Origin: Lama guanicoe
Taxonomy: Eukaryota
DNA: 64,000 bases
Assembly: GCA_013239625.1 (NCBI GenBank)
Contig: MU054001.1
Span: 2,610,151-2,674,150, forward strand
Direction: 5' to 3'
Part shown: positions 12,860 to 25,900 of the stretch, in pieces
How positions within the stretch are numbered: the stretch's first letter is position 1
How the letters are laid out: each line of letters starts with the position of its first letter
Notes under the pieces: model-generated
The model's input: the letters and a program-made list of their open reading frames with translations, nothing else
Database searches by the model: none
Told to the model about the DNA's origin: nothing
Program-made: the position numbers and the translations under genes

Positions 12860-13335
12860 ATGTTCTTGTGGGGATCACTGGTTGCACAGAAAGAAACTTA
12901 CTGAAGCTAGTTCAGAGAAAGGTGGCTTATATTTAGGATTTGACAGGCAAACTCAGGGTCACAGTGAGGCTCATTGGGACCAGAAATAGAAGCCAGCACA
13001 AACCAAAGCCTGCCCTCAGGTTTAGGAGCTGCCTGGTCCTGCCTCTTGCTGTTAGTGGCCACGTGGTAGGAGGTATCTCTTTTCTTGGTGGCTTCTCTGT
13101 GAGCTGCCTATGTCTACGTGGACACAGCCCACAGAGCCACAAGTCAAGAGTTTACAAACTGGACACATCCAGGACCAAACCACCACCATCTCTGTGATTC
13201 CTAATTCAAGTTCTTAGGAAAGAGCGCACAACCGGTTGCTAGGCAGCCAGTGAAAACCTGGCCTCGGGTTATATGTCTCATCCAAGACCAATTAGCTTGA
13301 CCGAGGGGGCGGTCAGGTCACGTGGTACTATGTGG
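12860..13335 (-). mobile_element. Old MaLR LTR (MLT1J/K/N-like)
   Basis: ggttgcacagaaagaaacttactgaagctagttc start, plus ccaattagcttga..ggtcacgtgg end typical of old MLT1. Confidence 0.55.
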
Positions 13336-14325
13336 CTTAGCGGGCCTGTGTCTTCACAGGGCATAAGGACAAAGGACGTTGGCGGAGAAGCATGCTGGTG
13401 GCAAAGATAAGGACACATGCCCAGTAAGGAGAAAAACGATGACTGGCCATTCATAGCAGAGAAATGATAGCTCAGTGATTCTCAATGGAGCTAACCTCTT
13501 ATGGGAACACCCTACTTAGGAGAAAGCTCTTTCTGATGTCAAATTAAAATGTCTTATAAATATTTAACCAGATGCGCTTTCCTGAGCAACTCGGAGAAAT
13601 ATGCGTCTGCTTTCTCTGCGGCAGCTCTATCAGCTCTCTGAAGACAGCAACTGATATCTACGGCCTCCTCCTCATTTTTTCTCCAGGTTAAAGAGACTTG
13701 CCAAAATTATCATTCATTTCAAGATTTTTGAGGGAGGAAGAAAAAAAAAATCACACTACTCTTGGACCTTGTCGGTATTCTACAATTGCACTTGTGTAGC
13801 TGGTTGGTGATAATTTTCTGCCTCGCGTACTCGATCCTAAGCTTTTGGAGGTATTGTATCCGATTAACTTTTGAAATGATTTGGTCGCATGCCAGGAACA
13901 TAGTAGGTGCATAAAGAAATGGGTGTGTTGTCAAAATAATCTTTGTTTTTGATCCAAAGGCATTTGGTTTTTAAACTCTCGACGATTCTATCCTGTTGGT
14001 GGTTATTTAAGCCCAAGATGGAAGAGCTAGAGAACCCCTTACTGCACATACTGTGCATTTTGTTGAGTGCCCTCTCCTTCAGTGTCGTTTTTCTAGCAGG
14101 TGTCTTCCAAGTTGATGTGCACAGAAATCAATCGCAGAGGGTTTTCTAAGGCACACTGGAAGGAGAATTGGCAAAAGTGCAGAGGGACAGTGTCAGTTCT
14201 CTTAAAGTTGCTCGATCATCTGGGTGGAGGGTAAGGAAAAGAAGTGAAGCCACATTATTGATTTGTCCCACTGGGGTACTGAGTGACAGCCATATGATTT
14301 TAAACCATAATTGGCATTTTGGAAA

Positions 14326-14362
14326 ACACACACACACACACACACACAACAACAACAACAAC
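14326..14362. repeat. (AC)n(AAC)n compound microsatellite
   Basis: Directly visible. Confidence 0.95.
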
Positions 14363-15207
14363 ACATAGTTCTGGTTTCTCAGACTTAGTGACCCAGAGGT
14401 TCCAGGGAGCAAGGGATGTGGCTAGTCCATGAGATAATGTTCACATCTAGAATCTTATGGCCCAGGTAATGCATGCAGCAATCCATTGTTTACTTAGGGA
14501 GATGAAGTAGCTTAAGGTTTGACAGTTGGGGTAAAGGAGCAGGTGCACTGTTCAAACTCTTAAACCAAATGTGCGATAAGGAAATGTTCATACTTAAAAA
14601 TACGTGACATCTAGAAAAAACAATCTAATTCAAACTGAGTTGGCCATTTTCTGTTCTGTAGACACAGTTAAAGGGCCTAAGGAGAAATTAATACAAATGC
14701 CTCAAATGCTAGGATTCCGAGTACCACTGGTCTCCGACCTGCTTTATTACAGCCCTGCACTGTTCCTTATCTGACCCAGATTTTGAGTCCCTACTCAGAA
14801 CTTAATTTAAGGAGTGGCTCAGTGTAATGAGTTTCCAACTCTGTGCAGAAAACAAATTTGCATTTTTCCAACTGATTAGTTTCTCTACTGATTAACTCAG
14901 CAAGGTCAACTTTTGGTCACTGATGCCGCTGATACGCACAGCTGATATTTTCCAGTTTCAGAGCTGGAAGGCCTGACGCGAGGCTCTTGTTTTCATTACT
15001 CAAGTCCCAGCTACAACATTCCAGAAGAGGAGGAAATGGTGGAGCAGCCGCTCCCCTCCCCGGGTGCTTATTAGCCTCCGCTGCTTAGGGCTTTAGTGAA
15101 GGAGAAGATGCCTTCACCTCCCCTGCGTTCCCAGCTCCCACGACAGAGTCCTTTCGTGAGAATTTCCCAAGGTGGCCCACGGCTTTTATTTCATGATTTT
15201 GCTGGAA

Positions 15208-15460
15208 ACACAGTGTGAAGTAGGAAACAGGGGTTTGAGATACAGAGGCACCTGGACTGTAATCCCCAGCTCCACTACCTTTCCAAGCTATGTAACCTTG
15301 AATTAGTTCAGTGTCTTGCGTTTCCTCATCTATAAAATGGGGAGCATAGCTGTTTCCTTAAGTTATTAGGATTAAAAGAGGAAACATATGTGAAAATGCC
15401 TAGCTTAGTGCTTGGTACATAGTAAAGTGATTCAGTAAATGTTAATTGTCTACTGTTATT
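15208..15460 (+). mobile_element. Near full-length MIR
   Basis: cagctccactacc..gctatgtaaccttg..gtttcctcatctataaaatgggg..gcttggtacatagtaa. Confidence 0.85.
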
Positions 15461-18181
15461 GAAGTCCTAGGCCAGATATGATGACTGATTAAGAAAGCAA
15501 ACTTAGCATCACTACTCCCATGTCTCAGATCTTCTCGCCCACTAGTTGGACAATCCCATCAATTCAAGCTCCACTCGAATGCTGCGTCCTTCATAAAGCC
15601 TTAGCAGATCACGTGGCCCACAGCTCACTCCCTCTTCTGAATCCCTCTCACTGTGAATTCCTCAGTAGTAGATCCTTAATTACAGGGCACACATACTACT
15701 GGCGGTGCCATGGTGACTTTCAGTAAAAGAAAAATGATCTGAGATTACAGAGATACATAGTGGAACTTAGCTTTCAGCAGGCAACAATGTCTAGCTGTAA
15801 TTTTATAGCATCGTTTTATTTTTAGTGAATTTTCTTTTATGCTTAACTAAATTATGGAAAATGAGGTTTCCACTTATGGTAGCAGTCTAAAGTTTCCTTT
15901 GACTACGGGGTTATTTAAGGAAAAAAATGATTTCATTTATGTAATAATATTGAGTAAAAAATAATAATTCCATGGCAGGTGAATATGGAAAAGGAAAACC
16001 ACATCAGATTAGAATAATGTGACTGAAATTTAAGAAATATCAGTCTGTTCCACTTAGACAGAAGTACATTCAAGTGGGCTGCAGTCTTTTAAGTTTTTAC
16101 ATTGCTTCCTACTCTGAGTCCTGTCTCCCTCTCAGATGGATTGTTAACTTCTTGGAAGAGAATGTCTGGTACTCCTTTTCAACTTTCTATCCAGTCTAAT
16201 AGTCCTGTAGGTTCATTTTCACAATGACTACTTATTACTTGACTGAAGAAGAAAGTAACTCATTTATCAGCGCAGGCTTGTAAAGTGGCAGACACTCACA
16301 GGAATACAACCCAAAGGAAAATACTAATGCTGTGAGCATGAAGACTTTACATATCGTGATGACCATATACATAATTAAGAATATATATGATTAATATAAA
16401 TTAAAAATTATAATAACAATGAAAAATGTGGCTCACCTACTCCTACTTTTCTTCCTTAAAGGCTTCTCTGAATTCTTGCTGGATGCAGAATATGAGCATG
16501 AGCCCAGCAACCATAGAAAAGGCTAGAACACATTCCTACTGGCTATTAGATTTAAAACAAGTTCATCTTTGAGTCTCTACCAACAGGGACTGTCTCCTGT
16601 GTCCATCAGCGATGAGTGACAGCTAGATAGAGGGGCATTTTGATGTGGTGGCCCTTGTCAGCCCCTATTCATCATAGAAATTATGCTCCACTTTGATTCT
16701 TGGTAGGAGTGCTGGTGCCAAAGTACATGAAAGAAATTCTTGGTTAAATGTGTATTGCCCGTGCACTCGCACACTTCCGAAATGGCTCCTGCACCCTCTT
16801 CAGTTTTATTCAGTTAAAATTAAGTCCCTGTCTGTCAGGGAGAGTTACTGTTTATCAGTTACTCAAAGGGAGTCCCTGATCTTACATGATCAGATCACTG
16901 CACTTGGCAATATGGAAACAAACCGGTCACTGTTAATGCAGCCAGTCACCCCCATCTCTGCAGGATTCCCTGAGTGCCCTACTCTAAAGTTAGAAGTGGC
17001 CACCTCTTCCCTCTTCAATTTCATTTTTAAATGATGTCGTTAGATCACTGAGAATGCTTCTTTAATCAAACCTGGCCTGCAGAATGACCCTCACTTTATG
17101 AACGAACAGCTTGTCAACTTTTTGATTTTCCAACACTCAGAGGTACAGAAAAAAGCAGTTCTTATGGTGTTGTATATGCTTTTAGGTTTGGCATTACATA
17201 TGTATTTTTTTCTTTTTCCAGGTGGTTAATCTCCATGCTAATGTGTTGCATAGAAATTATAACAGAAAAATACTTTACATTTATGATCTTGGTGCTGCTT
17301 TGAACTAATGATTTGGGGTGGAGTGGTAGGTAGTCACAAACATTAGGACAGCATTTATGGATTCCAGTAACTCATGTTTAACCTGGAAGAATAAAATCAT
17401 GATTTGAAGAGTGAAATTTGACTATATATAGGACATGGCTCTATGACCAGATATTATATGGCATTAAGTTTTCTTAATTTTTGTTTGATTCTTGATGCTT
17501 CTAGGGGGAAAAAAAAACCCCAAAGCCCCATTTAAGCATGCAACGCCAGTGTTGAAATAATGAGGTTAATTTGCAGGGAGCAGTAATTGGGGATCTTTTA
17601 TTTGCTAATGGAAGAACCCAGTTCAAACTAGCCTCACCCAACAACTTTTTTTTTTTTTTTGGCTCATATGGCCTGTGAAGTTTAGGTTATAAGTTAGGCT
17701 TGGGATAACTGGGGACAAGCACTGGGGTTTGTCTTCCTCTTTTCTATACATTGATCTCATTCTCTATTTATTCTTTATCACTGCAAAAGGGCTTCACAAG
17801 TCAGCAAATTTCTGTTTCACAAGAGAGCAAGTGCCCATTCTCCAGGAAGATCCCAGGAAAGAACTCTGACCCTCCCAGCTTGTGTCACACGCTTCTTTCT
17901 TGGGAAGTCACTGTGGTCTTGGACGCAGGGTCATATATATATATACAGATGCATTTCACAGTGGGAACACGTTAGAATTCTGGATGGGCATTTTGTAGGG
18001 GCTGGTAGCAACCACAAAGAAGGTTCTAACAGCCTTGGAGAGCTAGGCTGTCATCCTCATTTGTATCTACTATAAAGAACTGAGGAAGGAAGGTGAGAAT
18101 CAAGAGTAGGTGAGAATGATGATCTAGTTGAACAAATGAGAGGAAGAGAAATTTTGGTAGATCACGTCTACCAAAATCGAA

Positions 18182-18668
18182 TGTGTTAGTTAGGGTACAG
18201 GGTATATTGTTGTAAAAAAGGGATTCTCAAACACAGACTTATAAGACAGATACTTATTTCTCCCTCATGATACAGCCTAGAACTGGGCAGATGATGCAGG
18301 TTGGTTAAGTTACTTTGTTTCATGAGACCATACGGGAATCTAGGTTACTTCTATCTCACTGCTCTGCCATACTTCTAAGTACAGCTCCATGGAGTTAATC
18401 TGGCTCACATCCTTACCTTTGCATGCCAGCCCCCAGGAAGGGAAAGGATGGAGGAGAGGGCAAGAGCTTTCTTCCAAAAAAATTATGATCTGCAAGTTGC
18501 ACACATGGCTTCTGCCTGCATCTCACTGGTGAAAACATTCACATGATCACACCTACCCACCAGGAAGGCTGGGAAAAGTAATCCTTAGGTGGGTAGCCAG
18601 GTGCTCATGTAACACTCAAGAGGTTCTGTTATTATAGATTCTGGGAAACAATCAGCATTCCACCGTAT
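18182..18668 (-). mobile_element. MaLR solo LTR (MLT1I/J-like)
   Basis: tgtgttagttaggg...acttatttctccctcatg...aagttgcacacatggcttctgc...cacacctacccaccaggaaggctgggaaa. Confidence 0.7.
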
Positions 18669-21169
18669 CCAAAAAGATCTCTTAAAACTGTTCTAGCTTC
18701 AGTGGTAATGAAGGGAATGTGTATTCAATGTTTATGATGCTGATTAAAATGTAGTGAGGTGAGTGTGGATCCACCCAACATGTAAATATGAGTTTCTGTA
18801 TCTCTACTACTTGTTCAGCCTTGTTAAGAAAAGCATCCTTTGTTTTCGCCACTGAGGCTATGGATGCTTTGCCTTTTTAAATACCATGTCTGTTTAAACA
18901 AAAGGTAGATTAGATCTATGGTATCATGATATTTTGCCCAATTTAAGTCTTACTAATAAGGGTGAAGGGTAGAGAGAGAAGCTTGGAAGAAATGACATGC
19001 ATTGTGGCATTTATAATGAACCCATTTGTACAATCATCGCTTTGCCTCCCTTGTGTAATTTTTCCTAGGCATTCTCCAGCAGTTTCCAGGAGTAGGAAAT
19101 CCTGGCCATCATAATGTCTCCCCCATCTTGGGCTAAACTAGCCTTCTCTTCCCAGGTCTCTAAGCAACAGAGTCTTAAAAATGAAATATTCATTTTCTGA
19201 AACCTAATTTAATTTCAGCGATGACTGAGTTGCAGAGCTTATCACATCACAGAATCTAAAAAAATTCTCTGAATTAACAATACTCTCTTGGTGATGGAGT
19301 TTTTTGTTGTTGCTGCTTATTTTATTTATTTATTTATTGCTGCACCTTGTTAAAATGTACACACTCAGTTTTAACCTTGGTTTGTCTGACAGTGATTTAC
19401 TCATTTGTGATCTAGAGGTAATGAGAAATACTGTAGGCAATCATCTTGCTGTCAATAAATGAAATACATCGTTATTTTTCTAAAACAAGGATTAATGTTT
19501 CTCCCAAATGCAACTTCTACCCTTCCTAAAAGATAAATGATTTTTTAGTTTTATTTTTGGAGCAAATTCTGAAGGATAGTAGTCAAAAATTCATCTTTCA
19601 TAAACTTCTGGAGCTGATGAGTCATTACTGACATGAAATATCCAATTAAAGCAGTGACAAATGTAATTGTGTGTCAGGCACCATGGGGGTGATAAATTGT
19701 ACCACATTCTGAAAGGCATGTTTGGGTAAATGCTGTTTTGCTGAAAGACTGCAATTACAGCCTGCTTTGAATGGGGCGCCTTTGTTTTAAACACAGGGTA
19801 GTGGAGTTCTAAATAGAGAGATCATGCTGACAAAAGACATCTCAGAGCACAGTGTAACCAGGCTAACCAGCAGTTGAAGGTTTCCTACCACTATCATTTT
19901 CACCTGCAACCAGAATCTATCTTAATTCCTCAAAGCAGGGTTGTTCCTAAAAAGCTTAATCTGGTTGACTTCACTTCTCTTTTAATATTATGGGCCAGTG
20001 TGGCTAGTACTGTCTCCTTGAACTTATGTGGCATTGCAGGTTCCTAGAACAGAGCAGAAAGGCAGGACACCATTTCATGAGGCTGGCTTACATTCAGACA
20101 TACGGGAAGAATTTCTATCCTTCAAAATTTACCGTTCTCTAAAATATTTAAGTAGAGAAGATGGACAATTTGTTTGAGTTTTGAATTTATTAGATAATAT
20201 TTCATTTCTTTGCCATAGCTACGTAAACCCTCCTTTGCTGGCACATGTATTTTATGACTGTGTCACACTGTTTTATGTGTGTTTCTGGTCCAAAAGTAGA
20301 TCATTTCTGATTCTTAATAAGGAGATTAAGGTAAGTGGTGATGATCATAGTCTAAGTTTTTTAGGTAAGGAAGACTCAAGCACTCAGTTCTACATGATGA
20401 TTGCTTTGTCCTTTAAACTAAGTTTGCTGAATTTTGTAGATAGCTAAGCCATTCTCAGCCAATTATATTACTGTGACAATTTTCTTTGTTGTTTTGCAGA
20501 GAGTTGTCTTACAGAAGTACAATAATGCACTTATGATAATAGTGATGGTAATAGACAATATTAATTGAGAACACTTAATATGCTTAAAGTGATGATAATC
20601 TTAGAGATTTTCAAATTGCATGAATTAAGTGTTTAGTACCTGGATCCAAATTTGCTTCTCTATTCAAAGATACATTGTATCGGTCTATGGGAAGGTTGCT
20701 ACATAGTAGAGGAAAAATAGAATGCAATAGAAGAATGCCAGGTGTTTTCCTATGGCACAGATATTCCTAATGATATCTGGATATAAGGTAGATTAGTTAT
20801 GGAATGCAAATCCATCTACTAGTCAGATATTTATTAAAACCATACAGAAGTATTTTCATTTCCATCTATCATGGATAAGCAAACCAATCTTCTTGCTAAA
20901 AACAATTAGAAACACTGAACAGAGTTTAAAAAGATATCTTTTCGAATGCATTAGATAGACACCAAGGTAGGAAGAGTTGAGACGTCAAGATCCTGGAGAG
21001 AAAGGAAGTGCAGAGAAGTGAGCCTAACAGTCTAAGCCTCTTTTCCACTCAGAGCAATTTCCAATTCAAAAGTAGGTCACGAGAAGGAGGAGAAAAAACA
21101 AGTAGAGAGTAGTGGAAGGAAGCTTCTAAAAGGATGAGAATCCAAGTGGAAACTCTTAACAATTTAGGT

Positions 21170-21900
21170 CAGATGAATAAATATGTAAAAATATCACTTA
21201 TCAAAGCTGACCTAAGAAGAAAGTGAAAATCTGAATAGTCCTACATCTAGTAAAGAAAAGGATTTCTCAAGAAAAACCTTCTCACAAAGAAATTTGGGCC
21301 TTAGATGGGTTTACTAGTGAATTGGACCAAACAGTTAAAAAGTAATTAATACCAGTCTTATGCAAACAGAGAGAATATTTTCTGATTCATTTTATGAAGG
21401 CAGAGTGACCTTGATAGCACAATCTGACAAAGCATTACAAGAAGGGAAATTTGCAGACCAATCTCTCAGAAACATAGATGTAAAAACCTAATTCCAAAAT
21501 TCTAGCAAATAAAATCAACAGATGTGAAAAAAAGAATCTAACTTCAGTTTAATATTTTAAAGTCACTATAATTTGCCATGTGAATGGAATAAAACAATAA
21601 TCTCAATAGATTATATGATTATTTCAATATATATAGAAAATGCATTTGGTTACATTTACCATCTGTTTCCAAGAAAAAAAAATCCTAACTAGGAAAAGAC
21701 GGGAAATTCATAGCTGATAAAAAGTATGTATAAAAATACCTACACTATGATGATATTTAAGAGCAAAATGTTAAAAGTTTTCTCCCCGAAAAATGTGGAC
21801 TAGTAGCATCATTGTATTAATCACCACATCAGAGGTCCAAAGCAATAAGGGAAGAGAAACAAATGGGCTTGGATTGTAGTAGAAATAAAAGTGTCAGCTT
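21170..21900 (+). mobile_element. Old L1 ORF2 fragment
   Basis: aaaatctgaatagtcct...gatgggtttactagtgaatt...tcattttatgaaggcag...agaccaatctctc..aacatagatgtaaaaa (ORF2 region approaching the RT). Confidence 0.85.
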
Positions 21901-21944
21901 GTTTTCTTTTATTCTGTTCACATGGTAAACATTACTTTCTAAGG

Positions 21945-22281
21945 TAGGCTAACAACTGAGGACTCTCATGCAGGCAGCACTCTCAGAATTTGCTCAAGGT
22001 CATAGCCCCTCCTCAGGGCAGCTTTATCTAGTGACTTGGGGATGTGGGTGTATAAAGTCATGGCTCCCTCACACCAGCTTAAGCATCCTAGCTTCAGAGT
22101 ACCACACAGAGTTAGCTGAGGCCTTTGTTGAAACTGCATCACAGTCTAACTTCTCCTTCTGCTCAGTCCTATTTCATTTACCTCCCTTCCATGGGAGTTG
22201 ATTCCAAAACCTCCCTAATAAACTTACTGCAGACTAGCCTCCATCTTGGATTCTGCTTTCTGGGGAACCAAACCTGCAACA
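21945..22281 (+). mobile_element. ERV-L LTR (LTR16A-like), 5' LTR of a proviral remnant
   Basis: ccctaataaacttactgca...ctgctttctggggaaccaaacctgcaaca is the LTR16 3' end, directly followed by a PBS-like sequence. Confidence 0.8.
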
Positions 22282-23830
22282 GTTGATACTAGAAGTGGTT
22301 GGAGGAAGCAGATGCTAAGATGAGATTTTGAAGCTGGATTATCTGCTGCCTGAGTGGCAGTGAAGACTCATCACTGGTGGTAAGCAGAATACACACAGCC
22401 TTTAGCATGAGGTGCAATTATTAGAGCTTTTACTGGTGGCAGACTGGGATAATATACTGGCAGAATGGAATTCATAAACTGGTGCAGTAGCAGGCATTTG
22501 AGAAACATGTGGTAACCATAACAGAAAGGGCCATGGACTTGCATAGCTGTTGCTAAGCTTCACTAATGCTTTGGGAAAAGATAACAGAAGACTGAGGGTG
22601 ATAAATTGGCAATTAAAAGGTAAGAAGAAAATCCAGAGGGCTTCCTTGGTAGCATATAAAGAGACCTTAATCTTCCATAGCCTAAAGGCAGAGAGAGCTG
22701 AAGATCGGGCCCAGGACTTTACCAGGAGTGACAGAGCTCTAAACCTAGGCTTGTGCTATGGTCTCAGTGTGTCTCCCCACCCCACCCCAAATTCATGTGT
22801 TGAAACCTAACCCCTAAGGTGAGGGTATTTAAAGGTGGGCCTTTAGGTAATTAAGTCATGAGAGTAGAACTGTCATAATTTGTGCCCTTAGAAAAGAGGC
22901 CCCAGAGCTTTCTATCCCCTTCTATATTGTGAGGGCACAGGGTGAAGTTACCCTCTAAAAGGAAGAGCTTCCCACTGGATGCTGAATCTGCTGGCACCAT
23001 TATTTTGGACTCCCCAGCCTCCAGAACTGTGAGAAATGAATGTCTATTGTTTATAAGCCACCCAGGCTGTGATATTTTGTTATAGCAGCCTGAACGAACT
23101 AAGACAGTATGTCTATTATACCTGGGTCCAGATCAGGAAAGAACAAAATCAAAGCAGACTAAAACCTTGAACCTCAAGTTTCCCCAGACCTCTGAACCTA
23201 TGGAAATGGTGCACACCTCTATTAATGAACTGCTGCTTCTCTTTTCTTTGACAATTGCAGGCATTGCTCTGTTGTAAGACACGTGCCAAACTCTCCCAGA
23301 ATCTGCCCCCAGTTTCCTCCTGGCCAATAAGCCTGTAAATAACAAAGGTCAAATAAGAGATAGCTCAGGCAGTGTTATCCTGGGCCTGATAAGGGAGAAA
23401 AAGGGGTAGATTTGAAAGGAGATGCAGGATCTAGCCAACGCACACTGGCAGGAGCCAGAAAACATGCTTGGGACTGTATTCTGAGGGTGCTGGATCTAGG
23501 GGAAGCGCACAAGGTTTGACTGATCTGGGAACACTCTGTCAGGATACAGAGTTTAACATCCCAGCAGGGACATTGCCAGATGGTGCAAACGCACTGTTCG
23601 AGTGGCTTCTACAGGCATGGAAATAGTAACAGCCTACATTAAATGAAGTAGAAAAGCCAGTGCCATAAGCAGAAATGTCATAGTAAAGAACCACTATGCC
23701 AGAGAGCAGAAGGAAACAAAAGGCTCAGGGAATTAGATGTGTTAGGGAGATACATGCTGCAAGGTCAGAAAACCCGTCAGATATCTGTGGTCCTGAAGCG
23801 AGGCCTGACAGACAGTATTGACTGCAGTCC
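22282..23830 (+). mobile_element. ERV-L internal region (ERV3-16A3-like) with decayed gag
   Basis: PBS-like gttgatactagaagtgg; 23416-23626 translates with frameshifts to KEMQDLANAHWQEPE / AWDCILRVLDLG / DLGTLCQDTEFNIPAGTLPDGANALFEWLLQAWK, recognisable ERV-L gag. Confidence 0.8.
22754..23106 (+). mobile_element. MLT1A0-like solo LTR nested in the ERV-L internal region
   Basis: tgctatggtct...ccaaattcatgtgttgaaacctaacccc...ccagcctccagaactgtgagaaat...ttgttatagcagcctgaacgaactaagaca. Confidence 0.9.
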
Positions 23831-24269
23831 ACCCTGCCTACCTCCTAGATTAATTTCTTCAAATAACCGCTGGGAGGAACTCCCCCAGGATCCCCACTAG
23901 TCTCTTTCCCCAAGGGAAACTTACAAAGGAGAGGGTTGGTGGGAGACTCTGTAGCCCCTGCCACTTGCATCTGGCCTCAGAGCTGTAATTGATACTCAGC
24001 ATTTCCCTCTTTTACTGTCATTCTCGACTCTCCTCACTCTTTAAGCTATGCTTTACTTCAGTTAAAATGTTGAAAATAAAATTAGCCAGCCAGCAGGGCC
24101 CAGGAACTAGTAAGTCCTACTTAAAAACAAAACACTGTTGTACTTGCGATGGAACCTTTTTGTTTGGGTGGCTCGACAAGATGCTTTTTGTATGTTTCGT
24201 CAGCTCACCAAGCTTGTTCCCTCACTCACGTGCTCAGGTATTCTCTAGCCTGTCAGCCTATTTTTCCTC

Positions 24270-24425
24270 ACGCTACTAATTGCTATTTGAAATTGTTTAC
24301 TTGTCCTACTGGAATGTCAGCTCACTGCAAGCAGGGATCTTGTCTTCTGTTTTACCGCTGTATCCCTTGCACCTAGATCAGTGCCTGGCACATAGTAGGA
24401 GCTCAATTAATATCTGCTGAGTGAA
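24270..24425 (+). mobile_element. L2 3' end
   Basis: gcagggatcttgtc...cagtgcctggcacatagtaggagctcaattaatatctgctgagtgaa. Confidence 0.85.
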
Positions 24426-25769
24426 GGAGAAAAGTGGTAAGAGTATATAGAAAGAGACAAAGGTGTTTGCTTGATGAGAAGTTAAACTTATTCCAATACT
24501 GGGTTTGTTCAATGATATGTACATTTTATAGCTTCCCACAAGCATCTGTTATTCTTAGAATTAGTGTAGAAAATCTTGTTACTGTGACTCTGAAGCTCTC
24601 TATCTCCTAATTTCTATATTTCCCAGCAAAATAACTATTTTTTAAACAGCACTTTCCATAATTTTCGTTTCTCAGGAACACAACTATGCATTTAAGTAGA
24701 AAAGACTGAATGCAATCAAGTGACGAAGTGGAAGGGCTAGATTATAATCACTACAAAAATTTGAAGGAAGACGAGATTCTCTGGGGCTAAAGCAGCTGGA
24801 GAAACTTTCTGGAAGAAGATGGGTCTTGAGCTTCTGTGGATAAGGAATAGCACAGGAGAAGGAATAGGGTGTTGTTGGTGAAAGAAGCAACATTGAAACA
24901 TGAAAGAGGGGGCCTGTGTCCATATTCCCTCTGGCTGGGTTCCAGGGCAATCAGATAGCGCAGGGATCAATTGTGGAAGCCTCGAAAAAGTAGAAGGAAA
25001 CATGGTTCAACAGCCCAACATAAAAGTTTAAGCACCTGGGGCAGCATCCAGTTCTAGCTCACTGCCTACCTCTTCTACTCCCAGAGTCATATTTATTATA
25101 TTTTTATACCCTCCCACCACATTCATAATTATTGTTGATTAAAACCATAGGATCTGCTTGTGGTGATGATGATACTGGTAGCAGAGATGCATGTGTGTGT
25201 GTGCATGCATGCTCACAACGTCATAATAGTGTTTATTCACTTCCCTAAATTCACTACATTTGTCTCTTTTACAAGTAGTGGTGCAAATCTTTCTAGGTTC
25301 GTTAAATAATAATTGAGTGTCCATTGTGAGCTAGGGACTGGGGACAGAAAGATGAGACAGTTTTGGCTTTTAAGGAGTTCACTGTCTAGTAGGACAGAAA
25401 CATCAACACAAATAATGACTATTTGGTGGCACATGATGCTGTTGGAATTATATTTAAAGTACAACAGGAATAGATGGAGACAGTAATCAAAATTGGTGCA
25501 GGGTGCTTTCAGGGACAAGGACAGTTGACTTGACATGTCCATTTGGAACTCTTGGGACATAGTGATTTGGTTGTTTTGAGTAAGTGATGCTGTCATTGCC
25601 AGTCCTGAGCTAATGAAAAGAGAAACAAGGAGGGATAAATAGGAGCCACAGAAGACAGCTGAAGGGTTAAATCCAGCCGGAACACAATGGCCCATTTGGC
25701 CTACAGAGTTAAAAAGATTAGCTAGAATTCCAAAGTAGAGAGATTACAAAAAGATCTAGGTTAACAGTT

Positions 25770-25900
25770 TCTCTTGAGACAGTGGACAATTTGGCAGCAA
25801 GTGGACTGTACTCTCTGGTTTGCCATAGTCCCCACCCAGCTCTAGTCATGCAACTGCTTTTGTCTCCTGGCCCCTGTGTGGATTTGAACTTGATCCCTAT
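25770..25900 (-). mobile_element. MER102-like hAT fragment
   Basis: ctctctggtttgccatagtccccacc...cctggcccctgtgtggatttgaactt; reverse of the copy at about 35 kb. Confidence 0.5.
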
